Positions 10,301 through 18,828 of a stretch of DNA of 36,459 bases are shown in pieces. The position numbers and the translations under genes were made by a program. Below the pieces are notes generated by a model, which was not told the DNA's origin, did not search any database, and was given only the letters and a program-made list of their open reading frames with translations. The DNA is from a virus (taxonomy: Duplodnaviria > Caudoviricetes): positions 1-36,459 of IMG/VR virus record IMGVR_UViG_3300020379_000405. The stretch is one strand, 5' to 3'. Position 1 is the first letter of the stretch. Each line of letters opens with the position of its first letter.

Positions 10301-12827
10301 TTTTAGCTACGAACTCTTCAATCAAGTCGTAATAATTTATAGGTTGGTTAGCTTCGATAAGTTGGTTTAAGTCTCTTTTAATTTGGTTTAAAGCGTCGTC
10401 TACATTGCCATGATTTTTTTCAAGACGTTTTTTTCCATACCCAGACAAATCTTTTGTTTTAATTTTGCCTTTTGCAAGTTGTTCAAATTCAGCTACGCCT
10501 TTTTTGTAACCAAATATTTTAGCGTTACGAAGTTCATCTAATTCTGTGTAACCAAGATCATCAAGCATTCGTTTTTGAATATCAGGTCCAAGATCTATAC
10601 CATTTTTTCTAAACCAATTAGCACGCAAATCACTCATGCCACCCATAACTGACTTCAACGTATCCATTGTTCCCAAATGAGCGGCTGATCGAGCATACTC
10701 ATCGATCAACACACGCATCGGCCATGCAGGTCTAAGAAGCACAGATTTTTTCCAAACAGACGTAAACCCATTTATTGCAGCAGAAGTAACAGATAAACCT
10801 CTCCCCGCATATTCTCGAAATATCGATTTATCTGTAAACGCTTGTTTGTAAAGATCGTACCTAGGTACCAACGTTGCAGCTTCAAGTTGTGACGTAGTAA
10901 TTGGCATATACCGTGCAACAGTTTCTCCACCTTCTGCCGCTGTGGTTATACGTATTCCTTTATTTCCATAAATTCGAGCGTTACGTGCTTTGTTTTTTAA
11001 CTCTGAATCTCCAGCTTTCCACTGCCGTTGAAGTATTTGGATAAGTTCATCTTTATCCACGCCTTCCATACGATCAGCAAATTTTTTTACCATCTTTTCG
11101 TTAATTTCATCAACAGTCGAATTAAATATTCGACTTAACTCATTAGAGTCATTTGTGGCAGTCCATGATCCTAATTTGCGGTCAACAAATGCATCATCTA
11201 TACCATCGATACCTATACGTGACGCATCACGCAACATTCGTTGAAACGCAGTAAAACTTTGATCTGCGTCATCCCAAATAATCATTCCTTGCGGAACTTT
11301 TTCTACGATCGCTCGCACAATACGTGTTTGTGCAATACCACCTAACAAAGGAAGTTTTTCAACAAACGTTCTTGCTGCTAAACCTGCTTCATTAAATGCC
11401 CCTATTTTTGGTAACGCTTCCATAGAACTTTGATGGTTTTGAATGAGTACTTGGTCTGTAGCAGCATCAACAAGAGCTTCGTTATCGTTTAAAGCGTCAT
11501 AACGTGCATTTAATTCATCCGCAGTCACAGGGCCACGGTCAACATCTTTACGAGTAGCTAATGCACGTAACCGTTCTTCTTTAATAGATAACGCAGCGCC
11601 AAACGGTAATTCTGGGTTTTGGCTTTGTAATTTATTTTCTAACCGTCGTTGCTCATGGTTCAAAAAATTTCTAGCAGTGTCATCACCAGTTGCTACAAAC
11701 TCACCATCAGCTACACGTTGGTTAACTTCATCTAACTGATGATGTAACCCACCTTGCTGATGGCTCAAAGCCCACTTTTCCGCAGCTTCATGCATTTCAT
11801 CTAAAACTGTGTTATCGCCTCCGCTAACAGCAAGAGTTAAATATTTTTCTCTAGCTGCTTTATTTGGCAACGAAGCTAATGCGCGAGCTTGATCCGGCGT
11901 AAAACTTTTAGCGTTTACACCTAGTTTTCCGTTTCGTGCTTCAGACAAAATTCGTGCTGTTAAAACATCAACTGTGTCGTAATCATTTTCGGTAAATCCT
12001 TTACCTTTTTTATATGTTTCCGACCAATCTAAATCATCTGCAAAACGCAACTTTTCTAACGCTGCATCAAATTTTGCGTACGCACCTGATTGCCGGATAG
12101 CTTGATCCGCAGTCTGATACCCGATACCTAGTGTCTTTTTAGCAGTACTTTGTGCTAATTTTGAAACTTTTCCAACTTTGCCTACACCAAATAAAATATT
12201 CGATGGGTCTAAAACAATGTTTGAAAACGCATCAAACGTTCCAGACACCATGTTGTAATAAGAAGTGCCTTTAAATCGTTCTACTTCAGCAGGATCATCA
12301 AGGTCTATCCACCGTGACGCCATCGCTAATGCTTGGCCTGCACTTCGTGTTTCGGTAATGTTGTACGCTTGACGCCACTCATTAGGGTCGAACACAGAAA
12401 ACACGTCACCTATATCACCTTGACCTGTTAACGCATCAAACGAGTTCATTACTCCTCGTTGACCTACTCCTATAAGAGTTCCAATGTTTCGGTCAACACC
12501 GTATTTGTAAGCAAACTCCATTGCATCAAACACAGGATTTATAATATTTTTAGTTGGTTCTCGTATGGCTTCAGGAATTGCCCCAAAAAAATGTCCACCA
12601 GCCCCTTCTTCACCAAATAAGTGTTGGACTACCCCATCACCATCTGATGCCCCTAAAACATTATCTTCCCACGATCCCCACAAAGTCCCCCAAACACCAT
12701 CATATTCGTCATCGATACCAACAACTTCTTCTCCAATATCAACAACAAACTCTAAAGACTTTTTTGTTGCGTTTGCTACGCCTTTGCCTATACCCGCTAA
12801 AGTGCCCAGCCCCGGTATATCCACCAT
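7344..12827 (-). CDS. Large internal virion/DNA-ejection protein (1827 aa)
   Basis: Largest ORF, mostly helical. It has WKKSVLLRPAWPMR and a Gly-rich hydrophobic segment (AVVGVGAGVIAGPLGLAIGALY). Size and position match podovirus core proteins. Confidence 0.65.
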   Translation of the reverse strand: MVDIPGLGTLAGIGKGVANATKKSLEFVVDIGEEVVGIDDEYDGVWGTLWGSWEDNVLGASDGDGVVQHLFGEEGAGGHFFGAIPEAIREPTKNIINPVFDAMEFAYKYGVDRNIGTLIGVGQRGVMNSFDALTGQGDIGDVFSVFDPNEWRQAYNITETRSAGQALAMASRWIDLDDPAEVERFKGTSYYNMVSGTFDAFSNIVLDPSNILFGVGKVGKVSKLAQSTAKKTLGIGYQTADQAIRQSGAYAKFDAALEKLRFADDLDWSETYKKGKGFTENDYDTVDVLTARILSEARNGKLGVNAKSFTPDQARALASLPNKAAREKYLTLAVSGGDNTVLDEMHEAAEKWALSHQQGGLHHQLDEVNQRVADGEFVATGDDTARNFLNHEQRRLENKLQSQNPELPFGAALSIKEERLRALATRKDVDRGPVTADELNARYDALNDNEALVDAATDQVLIQNHQSSMEALPKIGAFNEAGLAARTFVEKLPLLGGIAQTRIVRAIVEKVPQGMIIWDDADQSFTAFQRMLRDASRIGIDGIDDAFVDRKLGSWTATNDSNELSRIFNSTVDEINEKMVKKFADRMEGVDKDELIQILQRQWKAGDSELKNKARNARIYGNKGIRITTAAEGGETVARYMPITTSQLEAATLVPRYDLYKQAFTDKSIFREYAGRGLSVTSAAINGFTSVWKKSVLLRPAWPMRVLIDEYARSAAHLGTMDTLKSVMGGMSDLRANWFRKNGIDLGPDIQKRMLDDLGYTELDELRNAKIFGYKKGVAEFEQLAKGKIKTKDLSGYGKKRLEKNHGNVDDALNQIKRDLNQLIEANQPINYYDLIEEFVAKKGDEAATSLVRKSIYENYGRKRINTRSAVVGVGAGVIAGPLGLAIGALYNVMARSSLQRLAQIETGSAIGLQLRSVARSQLNDEIKTIRASVADVTNPTELAAANQKIKDLRVASDLLETQAKLLDEQQLAKVNGMREENIELYSNFDKAGKILTDAGLGGAHIGGVSYANHFGNTPQQIAIYRNAISADNSNRALWDSASQANQRTQRQLREPRQFDGAAGPKQREGFVQAYNDTVNRQFVPSTDPTVVNAYQDFQRLMWQDKTNDELVAWLQSGDGAVLRDAMPHYFDQTDLSDYNDVLQIMRDEFNSLVPNHPDFADVRKQIVEGREVNWDRDIQPIVDRKYEGDINNVRDALNEPDFGKVIGDSKFEDAAKQGRLLERIGGQLDSMFQNIGTMPTDILTRSLVFRSAYSREMANRLASFENNGRFKLKESDIKKIETASRNVALKETRNLLYDLAERSKFEEMFANIMPFYGAWQEVITRWTGLAVRNPAFVASGTRNFRQAVQIMDAKDENGDPIFVLRLPESWMSADIAGIKLFGNLSALGDNEIDFNFGSVSMISAGLPGFGPLMAIPASETLLKVPELAEAFEVLLPYGPTEGQSFLERAIKQLQPTWTKTATSALFNTAQRQKVVARITADVMAEYYEAGIAVETEAEKAAFENEIETRARQILIIQMLGNLALPLRFVAQSPYKKIINGFNREVARAGNEAATEWLFAKHPEMYGILGRATDARGVAAATLEGEKLYQETKDFADNNEEIGDFIVGKVGDLQSGFEYNRAVQIKEINEGRRVRLEPSEIYTRASEAAGFHEYNDQMQVINAELTRRGLNGLSVNLNAKSNTDLQKLKNRIVEEIAAVNPRWKETFDTVRSAAEISEVVHSFRNVVENPDLFGKRVEYPFIEEYIKTRDLISEELERRENASNNPDHAGLSHKINADLKQLWLQFRLEISSKPSFAAIFSRYFDNDDSISRVSWPSSYLATQGADV

Positions 12828-12830
12828 AAA

Positions 12831-13184
12831 TTAAAAATCTTTCGTTGGTACCATAGAAATCATTTTGTTTATGATTTGACGGGTATCGTCACCTACATAA
12901 GGTGAATTAGCTAACGGCAAAAGAGTAGGCAAAATACGAGCAAGTTTTTCACTTGTTTGTGGTTCTGGAGCTTGCATCATTTGAGCACTAGGACTAGTAG
13001 TAACAGGTTCGACAGGACGTTCTGTCATACGAGTAGGCGACCCTAAATCACCCGGTCGCACTTGGGTAGGCGCAGGCATTTCGGGTAACGGTTGTTGTCG
13101 CTGCATTTCTTCTTGTTCAGTAGCAGCACCATATTGTTGCCCTGTAGCAGTCTGAATTTTTTGTCCTTTGCCTTTACGTGGCAT
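12831..13184 (-). CDS. Hypothetical virion-associated protein (117 aa, Pro/Gln-rich)
   Basis: TAATG-coupled to the portal gene; small gene directly after portal. Confidence 0.6.
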   Translation of the reverse strand: MPRKGKGQKIQTATGQQYGAATEQEEMQRQQPLPEMPAPTQVRPGDLGSPTRMTERPVEPVTTSPSAQMMQAPEPQTSEKLARILPTLLPLANSPYVGDDTRQIINKMISMVPTKDF

Positions 13185-14941
13185 TACAACGCCCCTAACA
13201 GTTGTGCTAACCCTGCTGAATCTTGTGGTTCTTCTGGAACTGGTGTTGACTCTGCCCCCATACCGGGTAATGCAAGTCCGGGTTGCGCTTCAGGTGACAT
13301 AGCTGGAACTTCTTCTGCTTGTCGTTCTTGCGCTTCTCGCTGAACTTGTTCTACCGCTTCAGCCAGTTCTTTCTTATCGTGAGCAACAAGATCCATAATT
13401 CTTGCTAAATCTGCTGGTGGGAGTATCCCTTCAGCAGCTTGATTTTGAACAGCAGAAAGCAAAGCAGCTTCAAGTTGTTCAGCAATTACTGTGTCATGCT
13501 CAAATTCTGGATCATCAATCAATGGGTCTATTGACATAAACGATCTCTTTGACATAGTGCCCATGCCAACACGTTGGCCTCCGCCAATAACAAGGTTGTT
13601 GATATCGGCTCCTGCCTGACTGTATGAGACAACGTTTTCAGTGGAGTCAAAGTTTTCGTTTGGTACATAGTCAACTTGACCTTTAACGTTTTTAGAGTTG
13701 ACATAAAAACTACGTGGACGACGCCCAGCATAAGTTTTTGCCATATCTACAGCTATACGGTTCTCTTCTTGCAAAGACCGAGCCATAATCCGTTGCGCTT
13801 CTTGAACTGTAAAGTCAACAGTCGCTGATAGCACAGCGTCTCCCCGGCGACCTGTACGAATATTTGATGTTGATTCGCCACCAAATTCTTGGGGAATACC
13901 AGCAGTTAAACGTTGTGCCCGTTCAAGCCTGTCAATCGCAGGGTTTGTCATATAACCGGGCTGCATTTGCATATCACGCAAATCGCCGCCACGCACAACA
14001 CCAACCTCACCAGTAAGCCCATCAGCAGGATTCACAATTTGTGGGGTTTCTCCGGCTCGGCCTACAAGCCAAGTATCAGGGAACACACCTTTTTGGACAG
14101 CAATAACTTCAAGAGCCATTAACCGGGCTTGCATTTGATACATGCCAAGAATGCCGTCGAACTGGCCTTGGGCGTTATCAAGACTTATGCGTTGTGCGAA
14201 CACAACAGGACACTGCCCTAAAGGATTTGGTACACGTTCTAACTCTAAAGCTATAAACGGGCTTGACTCGTTTACGACACCAAAACTTGCTGTTTGTATC
14301 GGGGAACGTGTGCCTATAAGGACTTGTTCATGCCCATCGACATACTCAATCATCTCAATAGGATGATCTTCGTTTACATCTGAATCATTCCCGAACTGGA
14401 CAGCAGCAGCAGGATACCGTTCCCGTAACCAACCAATCGAACGTTCGTAAGCAAAAATAACGTCACGAGGCCGCATATCGTCAACACCCAACATTTTTGC
14501 TGGGTACGCAGTTAATGGGTCACGTAAATGCCATTCTGGGCAACCTGTAACTGCATTAAATCTAATTTGTGTAACAGTTGTAGAATAACCAATCAAATGT
14601 CTTGCTCGTTTACCGAGTTGAAGATCCATTCTGCTGTTATCCCACCAACCAAACAAAGCTTTACGACGTTTAGCCGCATTATCTCGTGCTCGTTTTGTTG
14701 ATGCATCTGTAGGAGGGCAGTAAATGTCAGGACTTGTAGAAGCAATACGCATTGCTGTTTGGTCAAGTCCTTGTGCAAGAAGGTTCGCTACCGCAGATTG
14801 TTCATCAGCATCTATTTCTGGTAGCGGAACAACAATATCCCCGTTATAATAATCACGAACATTACGCATTTTTGCTTTAGCGTCATCGTTTATTCGTGAG
14901 CGTGTGCTATGTATATTAATAATCTCTTCGACGGTTTTCAC
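13184..14941 (-). CDS. Portal protein
   Basis: About 585 aa directly after the terminase, with RDYYNGD near the N-terminus and a Q/E/P-rich tail. Start moved to GTG 14941 behind GAGGTGA; the track start at 14998 overlaps terL. Confidence 0.8.
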   Translation of the reverse strand: MKTVEEIINIHSTRSRINDDAKAKMRNVRDYYNGDIVVPLPEIDADEQSAVANLLAQGLDQTAMRIASTSPDIYCPPTDASTKRARDNAAKRRKALFGWWDNSRMDLQLGKRARHLIGYSTTVTQIRFNAVTGCPEWHLRDPLTAYPAKMLGVDDMRPRDVIFAYERSIGWLRERYPAAAVQFGNDSDVNEDHPIEMIEYVDGHEQVLIGTRSPIQTASFGVVNESSPFIALELERVPNPLGQCPVVFAQRISLDNAQGQFDGILGMYQMQARLMALEVIAVQKGVFPDTWLVGRAGETPQIVNPADGLTGEVGVVRGGDLRDMQMQPGYMTNPAIDRLERAQRLTAGIPQEFGGESTSNIRTGRRGDAVLSATVDFTVQEAQRIMARSLQEENRIAVDMAKTYAGRRPRSFYVNSKNVKGQVDYVPNENFDSTENVVSYSQAGADINNLVIGGGQRVGMGTMSKRSFMSIDPLIDDPEFEHDTVIAEQLEAALLSAVQNQAAEGILPPADLARIMDLVAHDKKELAEAVEQVQREAQERQAEEVPAMSPEAQPGLALPGMGAESTPVPEEPQDSAGLAQLLGAL

Positions 14942-14948
14942 ACTCACC

Positions 14949-16871
14949 TCATGCGTTAGCTGACTCCGACATCCATGAAGGACGCCACTGTCGATCATTG
15001 ACTATAGTCGGAAGATAAAGTTTTTCTAAGTTATGCTCTAGGAACCATTGTGCCATAACACAGTCATCTGTGCGAGCGCCAGTTCCTTCAGGGTTCCAAC
15101 GGGTTACTTCGTTGACCAAAAGTAGCGAATGTGGCCGTGCTTCTGTGTTTTGGATACCCGGCAAACGCACTCGGCCAACACGCCATAACGGAGCGAGCAT
15201 TTGCACTCCATATTTCGGGTCGCCTTTATTTTTAGAATGCGTGTAATGCGGGACAAGTTGGACATTGCGTAATGCCGCCCATCGGCGGAAATGGTCGTAT
15301 TGAAGAATAAATTTTTGGGCAGCGTTAGCTTCAATTACCCAATGAGTAATCGGGTGACCCATGTCGTTACTGATTTGCCACCAATCTTCTGCAACACCAG
15401 TAAAACATTGACGTTCATGGTTCCAGTCCAAAAAGTCTGGAGCGTCCATTTTACGTCGATACGACTCTAACAGATACCTAAACTCTGTTTCACGGTTATA
15501 TGCCCAACACTGAATCGCCCAAAAGTTAGCAGGAGAAGGGTCTGCTGTAGCTACAACAAACATTTCTCCGCTTACATTTCGTGGTAATTCCCACAACCCA
15601 CGGTCATTGTCCCAACAACCCGGATGATGTACACCGTCTTTGCCTTCACCTCCGCTTACCCACAAAGGATCAACAAGAACATTTGAAGGGTTTACATCCG
15701 ATTGCTGGTACAAGACCTCAAATCTGTCAGGAGTTTGCGCCTTAATGTGGCGAAGTCGTCGCCACGGTAAACGTCGGGGGTAGAGCAAACATCCTTCGGG
15801 CCAAGGTTTCCCACTTGGCTTGTGGTTTTCAGCATCGCCGTCGCATAGTTCTTCATAATGCGCTTGATATTTGAGGTGCGTGTATTTACGCCACTCGTCT
15901 GGTGCGTCTTCGGGATCAAATTCTTCCAATTCGTAATCGTCAGGGGGTGCTACTTTATCCAACGCATAACGGTAAATATCGTCTGCCGACATGCGTTGTC
16001 CCTGTAAAACCAGCAAACCGCCGGGTTCTAGTCGGGTTTCTGCCACCTCATCCCACCAACGACGCATATCTTCCCGTGCTTCTGCGGAACGCATTTTGCG
16101 TGGGTCGTATACGTCATCCCATATGACCAAATCGAAACGGCCTCCAAGAAAACCAGAGTCCATTCCGAAAGCCGACCATGTGGGTTCTTTTTGGCTTAAA
16201 GGTGTGTCATCCTTTTGTAACACAGTAAAAGCTTCTGCGCGCCATATTTCAGAAGAATCTGGTTTAAACATTCCGAAATCTTCTTGCAGCGTGGCCTCAG
16301 CGTCAACCGCCAAGTTCAAACGAACATCGTTTAACTCGGCCCTAACCGGATGCGCTCGATCAAACTCGGCGCGCAACCTGCGGCAATACCATTCGGCCAA
16401 ACGCTGCGTAGAAGATCCGATCATGCCACGAATAGCACGATTCCGTATGGTTGCCCATGCGGGTAACACTTTAGCAAAAAATGTGGACTTTCCCGTACCC
16501 GGAGGCGCATTAATTACTGCATACTCTTCGTACTCAGTGTCCATTAACCCCATTATTCGTTCCGTAGCTTCTATTTGCCACGGCTGCAAAATAATCCCAA
16601 AATACCGTTTCGCAAAAACTTCGATACTGTCATAAGCAGCTTGCGCTTCAGGACATAACTGCTCATAACTAGGAACTTCAGGAGTAGCGTCACCACCCAA
16701 AATTTCTAAAGCAGCAACATAATTTCTTGGAGCCTTACCATTTTCTGCATCTCTGCACGCATGATAAGAAATTCCTGTGTCTTTAGAAGCGCCATAAAGA
16801 CTATGGCCGCCACGTCGAAGAGCTAAATACTCAGTCCACTTGTCTACTGTCGTTGCTTTGCCGGATGGCAT
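14949..16871 (-). CDS. terL: Terminase large subunit with N-terminal HTH-like extension
   Basis: Motifs: LQPWQ, Walker A APPGTGKST, Walker B LVIWDD, coupling motif QGQR, LYQQ, nuclease ADP and TDDCVMA. Confidence 0.92.
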   Translation of the reverse strand: MPSGKATTVDKWTEYLALRRGGHSLYGASKDTGISYHACRDAENGKAPRNYVAALEILGGDATPEVPSYEQLCPEAQAAYDSIEVFAKRYFGIILQPWQIEATERIMGLMDTEYEEYAVINAPPGTGKSTFFAKVLPAWATIRNRAIRGMIGSSTQRLAEWYCRRLRAEFDRAHPVRAELNDVRLNLAVDAEATLQEDFGMFKPDSSEIWRAEAFTVLQKDDTPLSQKEPTWSAFGMDSGFLGGRFDLVIWDDVYDPRKMRSAEAREDMRRWWDEVAETRLEPGGLLVLQGQRMSADDIYRYALDKVAPPDDYELEEFDPEDAPDEWRKYTHLKYQAHYEELCDGDAENHKPSGKPWPEGCLLYPRRLPWRRLRHIKAQTPDRFEVLYQQSDVNPSNVLVDPLWVSGGEGKDGVHHPGCWDNDRGLWELPRNVSGEMFVVATADPSPANFWAIQCWAYNRETEFRYLLESYRRKMDAPDFLDWNHERQCFTGVAEDWWQISNDMGHPITHWVIEANAAQKFILQYDHFRRWAALRNVQLVPHYTHSKNKGDPKYGVQMLAPLWRVGRVRLPGIQNTEARPHSLLLVNEVTRWNPEGTGARTDDCVMAQWFLEHNLEKLYLPTIVNDRQWRPSWMSESANA

Positions 16872-16880
16872 AATGTCCCC

Positions 16881-17159
16881 TTACTGACACGATTCGCAAA
16901 TATCAGGATTTTCTAAATCGCATTCGATTACTTCGTCGTCGTCGAAAGGATCTAACATAGGTTGCTCACCCATAAGCTCAGGGTGGTCTTCAAAAATTTC
17001 CATAAGGGTACGTGGCTCCATAGGCTCTTCTATCCATTCAGCGTATTCATAACAAAAACAATCGTTAGCGCAGTCAGGACATTTCTCACAAGCGCAGTCG
17101 TAATGGTAAAAATGACAAACGCATTCTTCCCCTTCACAGTCGCAACCGTAAATAACCAC
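16881..17159 (-). CDS. Cys-rich acidic small protein (92 aa)
   Basis: Ten Cys in the first 36 residues; ends CDLENPDICESCQ; fits the operon spacing. Confidence 0.6.
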   Translation of the reverse strand: MVIYGCDCEGEECVCHFYHYDCACEKCPDCANDCFCYEYAEWIEEPMEPRTLMEIFEDHPELMGEQPMLDPFDDDEVIECDLENPDICESCQ

Positions 17160-17162
17160 GGC

Positions 17163-17447
17163 TTACCACTTAGATTTGTTTGCCCAATAAGCGGCAGACA
17201 TTTTCCCCTTGGCTATGTTTTTTGCATGACGAGCTTTAAACGACTTCCTACGAGCCTTTTCTTTAGCAGTCTTAGGATTTTTACCTGCACCACTTACACC
17301 CTGTTGCCCATAACGAATCGTTTTAATTTGATTGCCTTCTTTAGCAACAACGACATGCGATTTAGTCGGATGATTCGGAGTTCGCTTAGGTTTATTAAAC
17401 CCAGACACCCCCGCACGTTTTAACCGAGGATCTTTTTTAGCAGGCAT
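17163..17447 (-). CDS. Small basic phage protein (94 aa)
   Basis: KSHVVVAK...KTIRYGQQG...RRKSFKARH...SAAYWA.K.KW, a family common in aquatic phages (DUF5754/DUF6321-like, from memory). Confidence 0.75.
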   Translation of the reverse strand: MPAKKDPRLKRAGVSGFNKPKRTPNHPTKSHVVVAKEGNQIKTIRYGQQGVSGAGKNPKTAKEKARRKSFKARHAKNIAKGKMSAAYWANKSKW

Positions 17448-17701
17448 TACTTCTTTCCTCTCGCTTGCTTAGAAGCCTTTTTAGCAGCAGAAGTGTTTTT
17501 AACAAACTGTTTCCCCGCTTTAGAACCCTTTTTCTTTTTACGATTAGTCGCAGCTTTCTGCGCAGGAGTCAACTTTTTCCAAGCAGCATCAGGCAAATAA
17601 CGAGTAGTACCACCCTTACGTTTCGCAGGCTTCCCATCAGAAGTACGCCACTTCTGGTCAGTCCACCTATCCAAATTACGTTGCGATTCAGCTTTAGCCA
17701 T
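17447..17701 (-). CDS. Small basic protein (84 aa), second half of a DUF5872-like family
   Basis: SQRNLDRWTDQKWRT...RYLPDAAWKKLT...GKQFVKNT. Confidence 0.75.
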   Translation of the reverse strand: MAKAESQRNLDRWTDQKWRTSDGKPAKRKGGTTRYLPDAAWKKLTPAQKAATNRKKKKGSKAGKQFVKNTSAAKKASKQARGKK

Positions 17702-17889
17702 CAGTTCTTATACCCTCCACCCTTAGCCTTATACTGTTTAGCAAGCATTTGAGCCTTACGAGCAGACCACTGACCCGGCTTACCACCCTTACCACCAGCC
17801 TTAATCTGATTAAACAAACGCTTACGCATAGCAGGCTTCGTATAATTACCAGCCGAATTCACAGTAGATTTCTTCTTTTTAACTGCCAT
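17701..17889 (-). CDS. Small basic protein (62 aa), first half of a DUF5872-like family
   Basis: YTKPAMRKRLFNQIKAGGKGGKPGQWSARKAQMLAKQYKAKGGGYK; start taken at ATG 17889. Confidence 0.75.
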   Translation of the reverse strand: MAVKKKKSTVNSAGNYTKPAMRKRLFNQIKAGGKGGKPGQWSARKAQMLAKQYKAKGGGYKN

Positions 17890-17894
17890 CTCTA

Positions 17895-18170
17895 TTAATC
17901 GCACTCCAACGCTATTCGTGACTGCTCAAAAACCGACCACTGTGCTTCAGTCCAGCTTCTAACACTCGGCTCATTCAAAGACTCTAACAAAGCTACACAA
18001 GCTTCTTCAGTAACCGGAGCAGTAGGCACCGGATCACTATTAGGCCAAAACGCCCAAACACCAATAATCGCAGCAATAACCGCACCAGCAATAGCCTTAA
18101 CGTTCTTAAGAATATGCTCTATAGAATCCCGCCAAACATCAGAACGTTCAGCGATATCTTCAATAGTCAT
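17895..18170 (-). CDS. Single-pass membrane protein (91 aa)
   Basis: Hydrophobic AIAGAVIAAIIGVWAFW segment; ATGA overlap with the upstream gene. Confidence 0.65.
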   Translation of the reverse strand: MTIEDIAERSDVWRDSIEHILKNVKAIAGAVIAAIIGVWAFWPNSDPVPTAPVTEEACVALLESLNEPSVRSWTEAQWSVFEQSRIALECD

Positions 18171-18421
18171 CTCTCAGCCCGATTCCTAGACCTATTACCA
18201 GCACGCAGCTTGCCCCCCTTCCCCCTCACCATATCTTGATTAGCTTTCACCGTTCCTTCTTTCTTAGCCTTATACCTAGCACGCCCATGCTCCGCCCGAT
18301 CCTTCTTCTGCTCAGGACGAGCATTAAACGCCTTATCATAGGCAGCCTTCTTAGCTCGTGCCTTAGCGTTTTTTCTATAAAAAGAAGCAGATCTTTTTGG
18401 ATTAGGCACAGTACGAGACAC
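18167..18421 (-). CDS. Small basic protein (84 aa), first gene of the late arm
   Basis: Arg/Lys-rich and ends NRSRNRAER. Start reassigned to GTG 18421, 6 nt after TATCAT. Confidence 0.65.
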   Translation of the reverse strand: MSRTVPNPKRSASFYRKNAKARAKKAAYDKAFNARPEQKKDRAEHGRARYKAKKEGTVKANQDMVRGKGGKLRAGNRSRNRAER

Positions 18422-18427
18422 GCCGCC

Positions 18428-18437
18428 ATGATACAGT
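18428..18437. promoter_or_regulatory. Overlapping divergent -10 boxes: TATCAT (minus, 18433-18428) and TACAGT (plus, 18432-18437)
   Basis: Both fit TANNNT. The minus box is spaced for a leaderless GTG. The plus box precedes the folding region at 18462. Confidence 0.45.
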
Positions 18438-18461
18438 ACAACCGCACTCGCCGCTAACAAC

Positions 18462-18593
18462 GGTTCGATCGCCCGTCAGAGGGGCTTCTGACTCTATGTC
18501 CAGACACGACGGCCCAACCACACGGGGGGCATAGAGCGACCAGCACAGCAAGGCTCGGTCAAGGCAAGAGAGGCCTCAACACTCGGAGGAACC
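18462..18593 (+). ncRNA. Candidate structured small RNA (multibranch)
   Basis: GGTTC/GAACC closure with arms GTCAGAG/TTCTGAC, CTCTATGTCC/GGGCATAGAG and GACC-AGC/GCT-GGTC. G-U pairs lie on the plus strand. Confidence 0.45.
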
Positions 18594-18600
18594 AAGGACA

Positions 18601-18817
18601 TAACCACCCAACCCCACAACAAACGAACCAAACTCCCCAAAACACCGATAATCACTATGTATACATACCCCCATCTCGGCACATACCCCCATTCCCACAC
18701 GGTTTACTACAGAATCTACGGCTAACACCTGTACCCCACAAAAAACACCCCCCGTACCCTTAAAACCACACAAAACAGTCGCCCATTCACTATCACACAG
18801 ACTTACTCTGTACCCCC
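18601..18817. other. G-depleted C/A-rich tract with iterated TACCC; candidate terminus/packaging region
   Basis: About 16 G in 217 nt by hand count. TACCC at 18684, 18732, 18755 and 18811. Composition switches abruptly to TGTTGTTGTTTGGG at 18818. Confidence 0.5.
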
Positions 18818-18828
18818 TGTTGTTGTTT

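Noticed and set aside
7344-12827. Virion RNA polymerase or tape-measure call
   Set aside because: No NADFDGD-like or T7-type catalytic motifs and no tape-measure periodicity seen. SDGDG near the N-terminus lacks supporting context.
15991-16635. 214-aa plus-strand ORF and the many other antisense or nested ORFs in the track
   Set aside because: They shadow well-supported genes and lack RBS and family motifs.
16881-17159. WhiB-family regulator
   Set aside because: Cys spacing differs and the G(I/V)WGG motif is absent; no WhiB was seen anywhere in the genome.
18461-18540. tRNA (GGTTCGAT resembles a T-loop)
   Set aside because: No T-stem closure, D arm, 7-nt anticodon loop or acceptor stem in tRNA geometry.
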